Shown: in pieces, positions 8,697 to 18,284 of the stretch
Numbering within the stretch: the first letter of the stretch is position 1
How the letters are laid out: every line of letters begins with the position of its first letter
NCBI GenBank assembly: GCA_022451045.1
Contig: JAKUOW010000003.1
Location: 6,224 to 70,223, forward strand
Direction of reading: 5' to 3'
Origin: Pirellulales bacterium
GTDB taxonomy: Bacteria > Planctomycetota > Planctomycetia > Pirellulales > Pirellulaceae
Length of the DNA stretch: 64,000 nucleotides
Notes under the pieces: model-generated
What the model saw: only the letters and a program-made list of their open reading frames with translations
The model's database searches: none
What the model was told of the DNA's origin: nothing
Program-made: the position numbers and the translations under genes

Positions 8697-9860
8697 TTAG
8701 CCTTCGGACTTCTTATCAGATTCGGATTCCGTTTCAGCTTTTTTATTCATTTCCAGAATCCGAAGCGTACCATCGGAACATGCGATGGCTATTTGCTTTC
8801 CATCCGGACTAAAGTCCATGCCGCGTACACATTTATCAACGGCGACGCTGAAATATGACTTTAGGGTCGGGGCGGCCGGTTTTGATTCTGAGGAATCTTC
8901 GTCAGTCTTGTCGCTAGTTTCAGATGAAGGTTGTTCATCATTTGTCTTCTCAGTTGTTTGCTCAACACGAGCGGAATCGATAGATTCCTTATCAACTTTA
9001 AAGAATTCTATGGTGCCACTGCCATTTTGCTTGGCGATTCCGCAAGCCACAAAGCCATTTGGATGGAAGGAGACTCCCCACATCACCCCGGTAGCTTTAT
9101 CTTTTGCCTCTAAATGGCATTCAATTTGTTTAGTATTCCAGTCAACAAGAATAGCGAGCGGATCTTGTTGGCCGGCAAACGAATTAACAACGTTGCTGAT
9201 TCCGGCACAAGCAAATCGACTGCCATCTGGATGAAACTCCATATCACGTGCGCCGCCCATATCGGCTGCAAACTTGTTGTCATATCCGGTCATGATGTCA
9301 GCGTGGATCTTGCTTGCTATGCGACGTCGACGAGTATCCCAAATATGAATCCATCCCATTAGATCTTCGGATGCGAGGTGATCTCCATCGGGATGATACA
9401 TTACTGCATACGGATGCCGATCGTGGCCACCCATATCGGCAGTCATCTTATAGTTTTTTAGTTTCCATGTTCGAACGCGTAGATCATTTCCGCATGTGGC
9501 AATCGACTTACCATCCGGGCTCGCATGCACCCATCGTGCAAAGCCGCGATGAGCTTGTAACATGTGATGCGGTTGAGGATTTTCACCGTCGGTTTCCCAA
9601 AACCCGATTTGGCCATCCCATCCAGCGGTAAGTAGTTGACTTCCGTCTACGGAGAAGTCTATTCGTCGAACCCAGCTTTCGTGGCCCTCGAGGGTAGTTG
9701 TCGTACCTGTGCTAACGTCCCACCGATGGACTGCAAGATCTTCCGCACCTGCAAAGACGTATCTTCCGTCGGGAGAAAATCGACATGTGGTTAAGGCTTC
9801 ACCATGTTCAAATCGTTTAATTTCATGGGTAGCTTCTGGGATTGCTGAGAAGGAGTTCAT
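8697..9860 (-). CDS. WD40-repeat beta-propeller protein
   Basis: It has repeated xSPDGxxxAxGxxDxxxxxW units (FSPDGRYVFAGAEDLAVHRWD, ASPDGKSIATCGNDLRVRTWK, FSPDGKQIAIACSDGTLRILE and others) and no signal peptide. The ATG overlaps the stop of the upstream DUF1501 gene (ATGA). Confidence 0.85.
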   Translation of the reverse strand: MNSFSAIPEATHEIKRFEHGEALTTCRFSPDGRYVFAGAEDLAVHRWDVSTGTTTTLEGHESWVRRIDFSVDGSQLLTAGWDGQIGFWETDGENPQPHHMLQAHRGFARWVHASPDGKSIATCGNDLRVRTWKLKNYKMTADMGGHDRHPYAVMYHPDGDHLASEDLMGWIHIWDTRRRRIASKIHADIMTGYDNKFAADMGGARDMEFHPDGSRFACAGISNVVNSFAGQQDPLAILVDWNTKQIECHLEAKDKATGVMWGVSFHPNGFVACGIAKQNGSGTIEFFKVDKESIDSARVEQTTEKTNDEQPSSETSDKTDEDSSESKPAAPTLKSYFSVAVDKCVRGMDFSPDGKQIAIACSDGTLRILEMNKKAETESESDKKSEG

Positions 9861-11116
9861 GCGAGTAATTCCTCGATAGCACTTGCCGCGGGGTCACCAA
9901 TTGGTACGCTGCGTCCAGGTATATCATGGTCACTAGTGGAATTGATACCGACGGCTTGCATATATGTGTGAAATAGATGGCCGCCATCAACTTCCCGATC
10001 AGAGACTTCAGTACCGTCGGCATTCGTTGCACCGATTATTGCTCCTGGCTGGATTCCAGCACCACCGAGTGCAATGGAACATGAAGCTCCCCAGTGATCT
10101 CTTCCGTACTTGTTATTTATTTTTGGTGTGCGACCAAATTCGGAATAGACCATGACCAGCACATTGTCGAGCATTCCACGGTCTTCGATATCACCGAGTA
10201 ATGTGGCAAACGTCTTGTCAAATTCATCTAGCTGTTCGATGTGGAAATTAAAGTTCTCAGCATGCGTGTCATAACCATGATGGGTTACTTTCACACAGGT
10301 TACTCCTTCTTCCAATAACCGCCGTGCCAGTAAGCAATTCTGGCCAAATGGGTGATGACCGTATCGGTTGAGGTCTTTTTCCGGCTGTGATTCGAACAGA
10401 TGCTTGCGAGCCATTAATTGGCTGGCTTGATCAAATGACGCATCATAGGAGTCGATTAAAGATTTTGAACGGCCAGTACCAAATTGCTTATTTAACTGTA
10501 AGCGAAATTGCTCGGACTTGGTGAGTACACTCTCAGGAATCCCAGTGCGTGGTAAGAGATTCTCCGGCGGAGCAACTCCCTCTAACTTCATTTGCCCATG
10601 CTGTGCTTCAAGAAACGCAGCTGTGTTATCGGTCAAGCCTCGAGTTGAAATATGTATGTATCCCGGTAACGGATCGTTTGCGTTTTTGAGATAACGCGAA
10701 GCAACCGAACCGATATACGGGTAGTCGCCAACTGTACGGCCTTTTTCCATGAAGAGGCGACCGACACCATGATCATTTGTTTTTAAGTTGATGCTACGAA
10801 TGATCGACAGCAGATGCATCTTTTGAGCAGTGTAGGGAAGAAGTTCACATATTTTCATCCCAGGAACAGTGGTTTGAATTTCCCTAAATGGTCCGCCGTA
10901 TTTTGTTCCCGGCTTACAGTCCCACGATTCAAATTGGCTTACTCCACCCTGCAGATAAACTTGCAGAATCTGCTTCTGTTGCCCTTTGGCCTGTTTGGCC
11001 ATGGCAGGTGTCAAAAGTGGACCAAATCCAGCAGCGGCACTCGCACCCATCACAAAATTGCGACGGGACATACGGTGATCTAAAACATTGCATCCTTGGT
11101 TTCGGTGTGAAGCCAT
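9857..11116 (-). CDS. DUF1501 domain protein (sulfatase/alkaline-phosphatase-fold, Tat-exported)
   Basis: Twin-arginine signal SRRNFVMGASAAAGF is present. The sequence is colinear with the three other DUF1501 paralogs in the window (HGYDTH..., EFGRTP..., GRDHW). Confidence 0.85.
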   Translation of the reverse strand: MASHRNQGCNVLDHRMSRRNFVMGASAAAGFGPLLTPAMAKQAKGQQKQILQVYLQGGVSQFESWDCKPGTKYGGPFREIQTTVPGMKICELLPYTAQKMHLLSIIRSINLKTNDHGVGRLFMEKGRTVGDYPYIGSVASRYLKNANDPLPGYIHISTRGLTDNTAAFLEAQHGQMKLEGVAPPENLLPRTGIPESVLTKSEQFRLQLNKQFGTGRSKSLIDSYDASFDQASQLMARKHLFESQPEKDLNRYGHHPFGQNCLLARRLLEEGVTCVKVTHHGYDTHAENFNFHIEQLDEFDKTFATLLGDIEDRGMLDNVLVMVYSEFGRTPKINNKYGRDHWGASCSIALGGAGIQPGAIIGATNADGTEVSDREVDGGHLFHTYMQAVGINSTSDHDIPGRSVPIGDPAASAIEELLA

Positions 11117-11126
11117 TGTTTGATTC

Positions 11127-12776
11127 CTAATGGTTGAAGCGGAATTCGGCGCTACAAATCAATAATCGAATTATATGTTGATATCCAGCTACTTGCTCAC
11201 TATCGAACTCCCGAACCAGATCGCTGGCTAAATCGAGCTCATCTGAGCTTGGATTTCTCGAGAGTACCGTTATATATACATGACTTACAGCCTCACTTAC
11301 ATTTTCGGCTGATTTGAGTTTCTTGATCAAGAGGTTTTCGGGCTGATCCAACCACTCTTGTATCAATGGACTGTTTAGTAGGAACAGTGCTTGATTTGCC
11401 GCTGCATCAAATCGTGATGATTGATTGGCTGACGCGAAAGTTGTCACGACCTTATCCAAGTGTGTGGCAGTCTCTTTATTTACGGCTGCTTCAAGATTAG
11501 TTTTGAATTCAGCTGTTGTTTCATCAATTGCGTCCTCACCTTCAGTCAATGCAACTCGATGCTTTTCATAAATTGTTTGCAACACCCCGGTGGCCTGTAA
11601 GAGACACAACCCGAGTTGTTCAGGGGAAAGTGGTTTGAGTTCGGCAATGACAAATGGTTCTGAGTTTTGAGATTCCGACGGCCTTTTACTTGGTTGTTGG
11701 TAAGTTTTGCTAAGAAGAATCTCACGAGTGAGCGTTCGTAAATCGTAGTTTTGGTCAACTAGAAATTGTGCCAATTCCTCTAGTAAGTGTGGATGCGATG
11801 GTGGATTATCAGCGTGGAACATATCGAGTGGCTCGACGATGCCTCTTCCCATATAGAGTGCCCATATCCGATTGGCAATATTGAGGCGAAATGCAGAATT
11901 AGCTTCCGATGTTAATTCGGAGGCCAGCTGCAGTCGTCGACTGTACTTTGGTACTCCTCGATTATTATTATCTGGTTTAACCACATATGGCTCTTCCTCA
12001 ATGGTCGGGTCATCGATCGCATCAAGATCAAGGATACGTGGCGAGGTAGCATCTTCTTCATTGGTAAATACAGATGTGAATTTCACATCGCCTTCTGCTT
12101 TTTCACCGATGGAAACTACTTTGGATTTGGGATCTGTGAACAGATAACTACGGCTGAGAAATGCTGAAATCCCGTAGTAGTGTCTTTGTAAATAGTCACC
12201 AACGGAAGGATGGTCATGACATTGTGCACATTGCAAATCTCTTCCGAGAAGTGTTTGTCCGATAGCCCGGACGGTCTCTTCACGCTTAAGTTCACGCGCA
12301 AGTATGAACCGCGCCGCAGGACGAGTAGCAGCATCAGTGCCATCTACTGTGAGCAATTCATGGACGAGTTGATTCCATGGCTTATTGGAGTGCATAGACT
12401 CGAAAAGGTATTGTTGCCAATTTGTTAGTTCGATCTGTTTCTTAGGTAGCCGTTGAAGTAGCATGACGTCGAAATGATGCTGAAGTCGCCGCGCATGCTC
12501 AGGCGAAGAAAGTAACTGGTCGATGAGTTGTTCGCGTTTTTTTTGGGACTGATCGGAGACAAATGTCACCACTGCCTCTGCAGTTGGGTGTCGCCCAGTG
12601 ACATCAATATAGACTCTGCGAATAAATTCAAAGTCCGTGCAAATCGACTGTGAGCCGTCATCTGTGACAGGATTTAAGCCAATTTCGGTGTCAATTCTGT
12701 CGCGCAGCAACTCCTGTCCTTCAACAGTAGTCACCAGTGCCAACATCACTAACAGCATTAACATTATGCGATTCAT
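11127..12776 (-). CDS. DUF1549/DUF1553 (PSCyt2/PSD1) domain protein
   Basis: It carries the CAQCHDHP motif (CXXCH, codons at 12216-12230) and a DUF1553-like C-terminus. The likely start is ATG 12776 (MNRIMLMLLVMLALVTTVEG signal peptide). The ORF itself extends to 12839, but that stretch holds promoter-like repeats. Confidence 0.8.
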   Translation of the reverse strand: MNRIMLMLLVMLALVTTVEGQELLRDRIDTEIGLNPVTDDGSQSICTDFEFIRRVYIDVTGRHPTAEAVVTFVSDQSQKKREQLIDQLLSSPEHARRLQHHFDVMLLQRLPKKQIELTNWQQYLFESMHSNKPWNQLVHELLTVDGTDAATRPAARFILARELKREETVRAIGQTLLGRDLQCAQCHDHPSVGDYLQRHYYGISAFLSRSYLFTDPKSKVVSIGEKAEGDVKFTSVFTNEEDATSPRILDLDAIDDPTIEEEPYVVKPDNNNRGVPKYSRRLQLASELTSEANSAFRLNIANRIWALYMGRGIVEPLDMFHADNPPSHPHLLEELAQFLVDQNYDLRTLTREILLSKTYQQPSKRPSESQNSEPFVIAELKPLSPEQLGLCLLQATGVLQTIYEKHRVALTEGEDAIDETTAEFKTNLEAAVNKETATHLDKVVTTFASANQSSRFDAAANQALFLLNSPLIQEWLDQPENLLIKKLKSAENVSEAVSHVYITVLSRNPSSDELDLASDLVREFDSEQVAGYQHIIRLLICSAEFRFNH

Positions 12777-12802
12777 ACACCCAATTATAATCCACATCCA
12801 CC

Positions 12803-12836
12803 TGCCAATCATGTGCCAATCATTGCCAATCATGGA
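12803..12836 (-). repeat. three tandem copies of ATGATTGGCA (10-11 bp period); copies 2+3 form a sigma-54-like TGGCAC-N5-TGGCA element (12803-12818)
   Basis: The minus-strand read is CCATGATTGGCAATGATTGGCACATGATTGGCAGG. GG (12817-12816) and GC (12805-12804) have GG-N10-GC spacing. Confidence 0.4.
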
Positions 12837-12911
12837 CACTCACTCTTTGTAAATTGAAATAAACATAGACTGTCCATGAATTTTTGAGCATAAAAACATA
12901 GACTGTCTATG
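12828..12911. promoter_or_regulatory. three copies of the palindrome family upstream of the DUF1553-DUF1501-WD40 operon
   Basis: CATAGACTGTCCATG at 12864-12878 and CATAGACTGTCTATG at 12897-12911 have centres 33 bp apart. A half-site variant AATCATGGACACTCACTCTTT lies at 12828-12848. Confidence 0.5.
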
Positions 12912-12913
12912 AT

Positions 12914-14371
12914 TTAGCGGATTTTGGTAGGGGGACGTTGGCCTTCGGGGATGAAGCTGAAGTATTTGCGGCCTTCCATGCGCTGCTGCCATTCCGCCTT
13001 CGCATTGGCTATCAATTCCGGTTTTTCCAGTAAATCGATCACGCTAATTGCCAATACTTTAGACGCATAAACAATCCCTTTTTCGCCAATCGTACTGCCA
13101 ATGGATGACACGTTTTGCCAGCTATGTCCCGGGCTGTCCGCCACGAAACAGGATGTCCTAATACCTGAAGTCGCTACTCGCCAACTAATGTCACCGACGT
13201 CTGTCGCTCCTTTAGATGGTTTAGGATTCTTTGTTACTGGATGTATCCGATCGTCAATCGCTAATGGATACTCCCGATTAAACTGAGCGACAAGCGGTGC
13301 TTGTAAGCGGCGTGCAAAGTTTTCCTCGTCCTGTGTAAAACTCGGTGCACCAACCAACTTCAGGTTGTCATATAGCATGTGTGAAAGTGAGTCATTCGGA
13401 ATGATTTCATGACAGTCGGTATCCACTTTCACCGTTAGCTCAGTCTTTGTCATGAGCGCCGCACCCTTGGCAATGTCTTTCAGCCAACGGAAGTTATATT
13501 CAACATCCTGATGGGTATTTGCTCGGCAAAAATACCAAACCGTTGCTTTAGGCGGCACGACATTCGGTGCTCCACCGCCGTCGATCACAACATAATGAAG
13601 TCTCGCATCTTCCTTGATATGCTCGCGCATATAATTCGCGCCGACATTCATTAACTCCACCGCATCCAGTGCACTTCGGCCATCTTCCGGGCTGCCGGAG
13701 GCATGTGCCGCAGTCCCGTCAAAAGTAAACTTGGCAGAAACAAGTGCCTTACTGCTGCCGGCAAATGTGTTGTTCTTTGTCCCGGGATGCCAGTGCAAAC
13801 AGATGTCTAAGTCATCAAACACGTTGTCCAGAGTCATGTAAACTTTACCAATCACTGTCTCTTCGGCAGGTGTCCCGTAAAATCGAATCGTGCCAGACAG
13901 CTTATGTTTATCCATTGCTTCCTTAATGGCGACTGCAGCACCAAGTGATCCAGCCCCCAATCCACTGTGCCCACAAGCATGCCCCGGAAGTCCTTCTTCA
14001 CGCGCGATTTTTACCGGCGATACTTGCTGGCTCATTCCCGGTAATGCGTCGTATTCTGCCAATAAGCCGATTACGGGCTTTCCTTTTCCATAGGTGGCGA
14101 CAAACGCAGTTGGCATTCCAGAGATTCCGGATTCAATTTTGAATCCGTTTTCCTTCAAGTGTTTCATCAATAGCGCAGATGATTTTGTTTCCTGAAGACC
14201 GACTTCGGCTGTTTCCCAAATCGTTTTATTCACTAATCTGATCGTGTTGGAAATCTCATCCACCTTTTTAATCGCTGTCTGCTGTGTTTCACGAATCTGT
14301 GCATCGCTACTTCCGCAAAAGAGATATGAGAACAGGAGAATGGTGAAAATCATTTTTGTCATTGGGCGCAT
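12914..14371 (-). CDS. M20-family amidohydrolase (AbgB / aminobenzoyl-glutamate utilisation protein B-like), secreted
   Basis: It carries HACGHSGLGAGSLGAA and other M20D motifs. The start is probably ATG 14371 (MRPMTKMIFTILLFSYLFCGSS signal), because the longer ORF (to 14455) overlaps the upstream gene. Confidence 0.75.
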   Translation of the reverse strand: MRPMTKMIFTILLFSYLFCGSSDAQIRETQQTAIKKVDEISNTIRLVNKTIWETAEVGLQETKSSALLMKHLKENGFKIESGISGMPTAFVATYGKGKPVIGLLAEYDALPGMSQQVSPVKIAREEGLPGHACGHSGLGAGSLGAAVAIKEAMDKHKLSGTIRFYGTPAEETVIGKVYMTLDNVFDDLDICLHWHPGTKNNTFAGSSKALVSAKFTFDGTAAHASGSPEDGRSALDAVELMNVGANYMREHIKEDARLHYVVIDGGGAPNVVPPKATVWYFCRANTHQDVEYNFRWLKDIAKGAALMTKTELTVKVDTDCHEIIPNDSLSHMLYDNLKLVGAPSFTQDEENFARRLQAPLVAQFNREYPLAIDDRIHPVTKNPKPSKGATDVGDISWRVATSGIRTSCFVADSPGHSWQNVSSIGSTIGEKGIVYASKVLAISVIDLLEKPELIANAKAEWQQRMEGRKYFSFIPEGQRPPTKIR

Positions 14372-14417
14372 TCGTAGACCTGCAATTACTGATGAAAGTT
14401 TGGTGTTAGATGAAGTA

Positions 14418-15866
14418 CTAGGTAAGAATGTCGTGGAGGACGTTTCCCGCAACATCGGTGAGCCGGAAGTCGCGGCCGCGATAGTGATATGTCAATTGTT
14501 CATGGTCTAATCCCAGACAATGAAGCATCGTTGCCTGAATGTCATGAACATGAACAGGGTTTTCAATAGGTGAATAGCCAATATCATCTGTCTTTCCGTA
14601 CACGAAGTCGCGTTTTATACCGCCACCAGCCATTAGCATCGTAAAGGCAAAGGGATGATGGTCACGTCCTTCGTTCCCCGCGTTGATACCGCGCCTCACT
14701 TCATTCATCGGCGTGCGTCCAAATTCACCGCCCCATACAACCAATGTCTCATCCAGCAGACCGCGCTGGTCTAGATCATTGATCAGGGCACCCACGCCTT
14801 TCTGCGTCATATCGCAGTTTTCCTTGAGCTTCTTATTTAATGCAGCATGGTCGTCCCATGTGTAATGGTAGAGCTGTACGAATCGGACACCTCGCTCCAC
14901 CATGCGGCGTGCCAGTAGGCAATTCGTGCCAAACGCGCTGGAAGTTTCGTCGTCGATCCCATATTGCTGAAGCGTCGTACGGGATTCATCTTTGAAGTCC
15001 AATAACTCAGGTGCAGCAACCTGCATTCGAAATGCCATTTCATAAGCAGCAATGCGTTGTTGGATTTCAGGGTCCATCTGTTTCTTAAATCGCAGCTCGT
15101 TCAAACGCACAATGCTATTCAGCCTCTTTGACTTAAGTTGTGTAGTAACCCCCCCCGGGTTTTTAAGATGTAGTATTGGATCACCGGAATTTCGCAGTGT
15201 GACGCCCCGGTGCATTGCTGGCAAGAATGCACTGTCCCAAAGTGCCGGCCCCCCCAAATCTCCCGAGCCGTTTCGTGAAAGCATGACGATAAATCCTGGT
15301 AGATTCTGAGACTCAGAACCGAGTCCGTAGGAAATCCAGGACCCCATGCTGGGAAGCCCAAACCGCGGTACGCCGCAATTCATAAACAACTGAGCAGGAT
15401 GGTGATTACTGATATCCGTGTGGACGGAGCGGACCATACACAGCTTTTCAGCGCACTCAGCAATATTCGGGATGAAGTCAGAAAAGTGCATCCCCGATTC
15501 GCCGTACTGCCGAAAGGATCTTGGCGAAGCAAAGATGCGAGCACTTCCACGGATCAGCGCGTCGTCGAGTCCTTCGAGAAAAGACCCCGGAACGGGCTCA
15601 CCGTGTAACGCTTTCATTTCAGGTTTTGGCTCAAACAAGTCAAGTTGGCTGGGTGCGCCCGCCATAAAAAGGAAAATCACATTCTTGGCACGCGGAGCAA
15701 AGTGTGCACGCTTGGGAAATGCCAATGCAGAAGCTGTTGGTGCGGCCTCGAGCGATTCGTCAGCGAGTAACGAATTCAACGCAAGTGCGCCAGCACTAAC
15801 TCCGGCTTGCCCGAGGAATTGCCGCCTTTGCATATTTAAGTCAAGTTGGTGCCTCGTATGTTTCAT
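14418..15866 (-). CDS. DUF1501 domain protein (Tat-exported)
   Basis: It has the Tat motif QRRQFLGQAGVSAGALAL and is paralogous to 9857-11116, 34160-35629 and 61665-62963. Confidence 0.85.
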   Translation of the reverse strand: MKHTRHQLDLNMQRRQFLGQAGVSAGALALNSLLADESLEAAPTASALAFPKRAHFAPRAKNVIFLFMAGAPSQLDLFEPKPEMKALHGEPVPGSFLEGLDDALIRGSARIFASPRSFRQYGESGMHFSDFIPNIAECAEKLCMVRSVHTDISNHHPAQLFMNCGVPRFGLPSMGSWISYGLGSESQNLPGFIVMLSRNGSGDLGGPALWDSAFLPAMHRGVTLRNSGDPILHLKNPGGVTTQLKSKRLNSIVRLNELRFKKQMDPEIQQRIAAYEMAFRMQVAAPELLDFKDESRTTLQQYGIDDETSSAFGTNCLLARRMVERGVRFVQLYHYTWDDHAALNKKLKENCDMTQKGVGALINDLDQRGLLDETLVVWGGEFGRTPMNEVRRGINAGNEGRDHHPFAFTMLMAGGGIKRDFVYGKTDDIGYSPIENPVHVHDIQATMLHCLGLDHEQLTYHYRGRDFRLTDVAGNVLHDILT

Positions 15867-15871
15867 TTAGA

Positions 15872-18145
15872 TCAATCCCGCGTAATGAATTCATGGAGGT
15901 TCATCATCACGCTGCATGTATGCACCCAAGCGGCAGTGTTTAGCTCAGCATTTTCTCTTCCAACCGTCGCATCAATTAACTCAGGGTGAGACTTGAAGAA
16001 CGTTCTATTTTCAGCAAGCAGTTGTTGAAGCAAACTTGCTTCTTCACGTTCTGGCAGTCGTTGCAGACATACGGTGAACAGCTTGTTTATCCTGTCGAGA
16101 TCATCTCCTGCTTCCGTATCAATTTGCCGTGCCAGATGCTGAGCAGCTTCGAAAAACACTTCATCATTTAGCAGTGTTAGCGCCTGAAGTGGGGTGTTTG
16201 AGCGTTCCCGACGCGCACAAGGTGATTGTGGGCTGGGTGCATCGAACACTGCAGTTTGTGCAAACGGGGTAGTACGTAATACAAACGTGTAAACCGCTCT
16301 GCGGTATCGATCCTCATCTTTACTTACGTCCCATGGATGTGAACCGAATGCCTCGAGTGTGACGCTTTCCGGTTGCGGTGGCCGGACTCCGGGGCCACCC
16401 ATTTTTGCGGAAAGCAATCCACTCGTGGCTAATGCCGAGTCACGGATGGTCTCCCCAGAAAGCCGCAGGCTGTTTTGACGTGCCAGGAGCTCATTTTCGG
16501 GATCTATGCTTGTTAGCTCTGGTCGATATGTTGAGGCCTGTTGATAGGTAGACGATAAAACAATTCGTCTTTGGAGTGCTTTTACATCCCAATTGGAGCT
16601 CATGAATTCTGACGCAAGAAAGTCCAGCAAATCGGGATGCGTGGGGGATGCACCTTGTATCCCGAAGTCTTCGCTCGTTAAGACTAGGCCTCGGCCGAAA
16701 AACTCCTGCCATATTCGATTCACAAAAACACGCGAGGTCAACGGATTCTTATCCGAGACTAACCACTGAGCTAATGTAAGCCGAGGATCAAGTTCGTCTG
16801 CAACGGCGAGCTTAGGCAATACTGACGGTACTGCGGGTTGTACTTGATCTCCCTTGTCGAGATATTCGCCACGAATATGAATTCGTGTCTTGCGTTTATT
16901 CACAGCGGCTTGCATTCCCGGAGCACGCAATGCAATTGGATACTCTTTCTTCAATTTCTCCAATTGACCGCGGAGTTCTGACAGACTCAGTTCACTAAAC
17001 TTCTCTGGATCAACAACACTTCCATACCGCAGAAAGTAGTCAAGTAAATCGTCCTTTTGTCGCTGAGTTCTCTTGGCCCAATCGAGTTTGGCAATTTCAA
17101 CACCTTCAAGTTGTCCTTCGCCTAAACCACCACCCCAGATTAGCCCTAGTAATTCGTACTGACGATCCCAGATATGATCTTCTCCGGGATTCTTATATGC
17201 GTGAAGTATCTTTTGTTCCCAAGTCTTTTGTAATTCATCAACGGCTAAACGGTTTGCAGCCAATAATTGTTGCCGGGCCTGATTGTAATCATCGCGGGAT
17301 TCCCAGAATTCCTGTGCTCGTCCACCTAGAGGTGCATCAATATTCACTTCATCAGCGTTATTTAGTAGTGAGTAAAACTGGAAGTACTCTTGCTGTGAAA
17401 TGTCGTCATATTTGTGATCGTGGCATCGTGCGCATCCAACGGTTAGTCCGAGCCACGTTGTACCAATCATGGTTACGCGTTCGATAACCTGAAGTACACG
17501 AAATTCCTCGATGTCCGCACCACCTTCACGGTTACTGAGAGTTTGACGAAGGAATCCAGTTGCAATGAACTGATCTTGTGAACGACTGGGAAGCAGATCT
17601 CCCGCGATTTGTTCAATGGTAAATTCATCGAATGGCTTGTTCTGATTTAAGGCGTCGATGAGCCAATCGCGATAGCGCCATGCTACCGGTCGCAACTGGT
17701 CCGTTAAGTACCCATCGGTATCTGCATAGTGGCATAAATCCAACCACGGTCGGGCCCACTTTTCACCATATCGCGGTGAAGCAAGTAAACGATCTACAAC
17801 TCTCTCGTACGCTCCCGGTTGGTCATCGTTAAGAAATGCTGATACTTGTGCCGGAGTAGGCGGAATCCCAATGAGGTCAAGCGTCACCCGCCGAATCAAT
17901 GTCTGTTTCATTGCACGTCGTGAAGGTTGGATATCATTATCCATAAGGCGACGCAAAATAAAATTATCTATCGAGCTTTTAACCCAATCCTTCTTCTCAG
18001 CAATACTTGGTACGGCGGGTCTCTCTATCGATTTATATGCCCAATGCACAGGTTCCGCACTGCTAGCGGATCCTGTCCCAAAGGCTAAGACAGTAGTGAA
18101 AACGCCGATCAAAGCGATCGAGATGTTATGGAATCGAAACGTCAT
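15872..18145 (-). CDS. DUF1549/DUF1553 (PSCyt2/PSD1) domain protein
   Basis: It carries the CARCHDHKYD (CXXCH) motif and the conserved RVFVNRIWQEFFGRGLV motif. The signal peptide starts at ATG 18145 (MTFRFHNISIALIGVF). The gap to the DUF1501 gene is 5 nt. Confidence 0.85.
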   Translation of the reverse strand: MTFRFHNISIALIGVFTTVLAFGTGSASSAEPVHWAYKSIERPAVPSIAEKKDWVKSSIDNFILRRLMDNDIQPSRRAMKQTLIRRVTLDLIGIPPTPAQVSAFLNDDQPGAYERVVDRLLASPRYGEKWARPWLDLCHYADTDGYLTDQLRPVAWRYRDWLIDALNQNKPFDEFTIEQIAGDLLPSRSQDQFIATGFLRQTLSNREGGADIEEFRVLQVIERVTMIGTTWLGLTVGCARCHDHKYDDISQQEYFQFYSLLNNADEVNIDAPLGGRAQEFWESRDDYNQARQQLLAANRLAVDELQKTWEQKILHAYKNPGEDHIWDRQYELLGLIWGGGLGEGQLEGVEIAKLDWAKRTQRQKDDLLDYFLRYGSVVDPEKFSELSLSELRGQLEKLKKEYPIALRAPGMQAAVNKRKTRIHIRGEYLDKGDQVQPAVPSVLPKLAVADELDPRLTLAQWLVSDKNPLTSRVFVNRIWQEFFGRGLVLTSEDFGIQGASPTHPDLLDFLASEFMSSNWDVKALQRRIVLSSTYQQASTYRPELTSIDPENELLARQNSLRLSGETIRDSALATSGLLSAKMGGPGVRPPQPESVTLEAFGSHPWDVSKDEDRYRRAVYTFVLRTTPFAQTAVFDAPSPQSPCARRERSNTPLQALTLLNDEVFFEAAQHLARQIDTEAGDDLDRINKLFTVCLQRLPEREEASLLQQLLAENRTFFKSHPELIDATVGRENAELNTAAWVHTCSVMMNLHEFITRD

Positions 18146-18284
18146 GCTATCAATGTAGCAGTGTTTAACAGCAGTCTCTAACAAAGGGCGTTAGTTTTAT
18201 CGTGAATTCAGGTTTCATAAAATGTGTAGGATTAAGAACATGCTCCTTACATAAAACAACAAAATCTGATGTCGGAAGGCAGTG

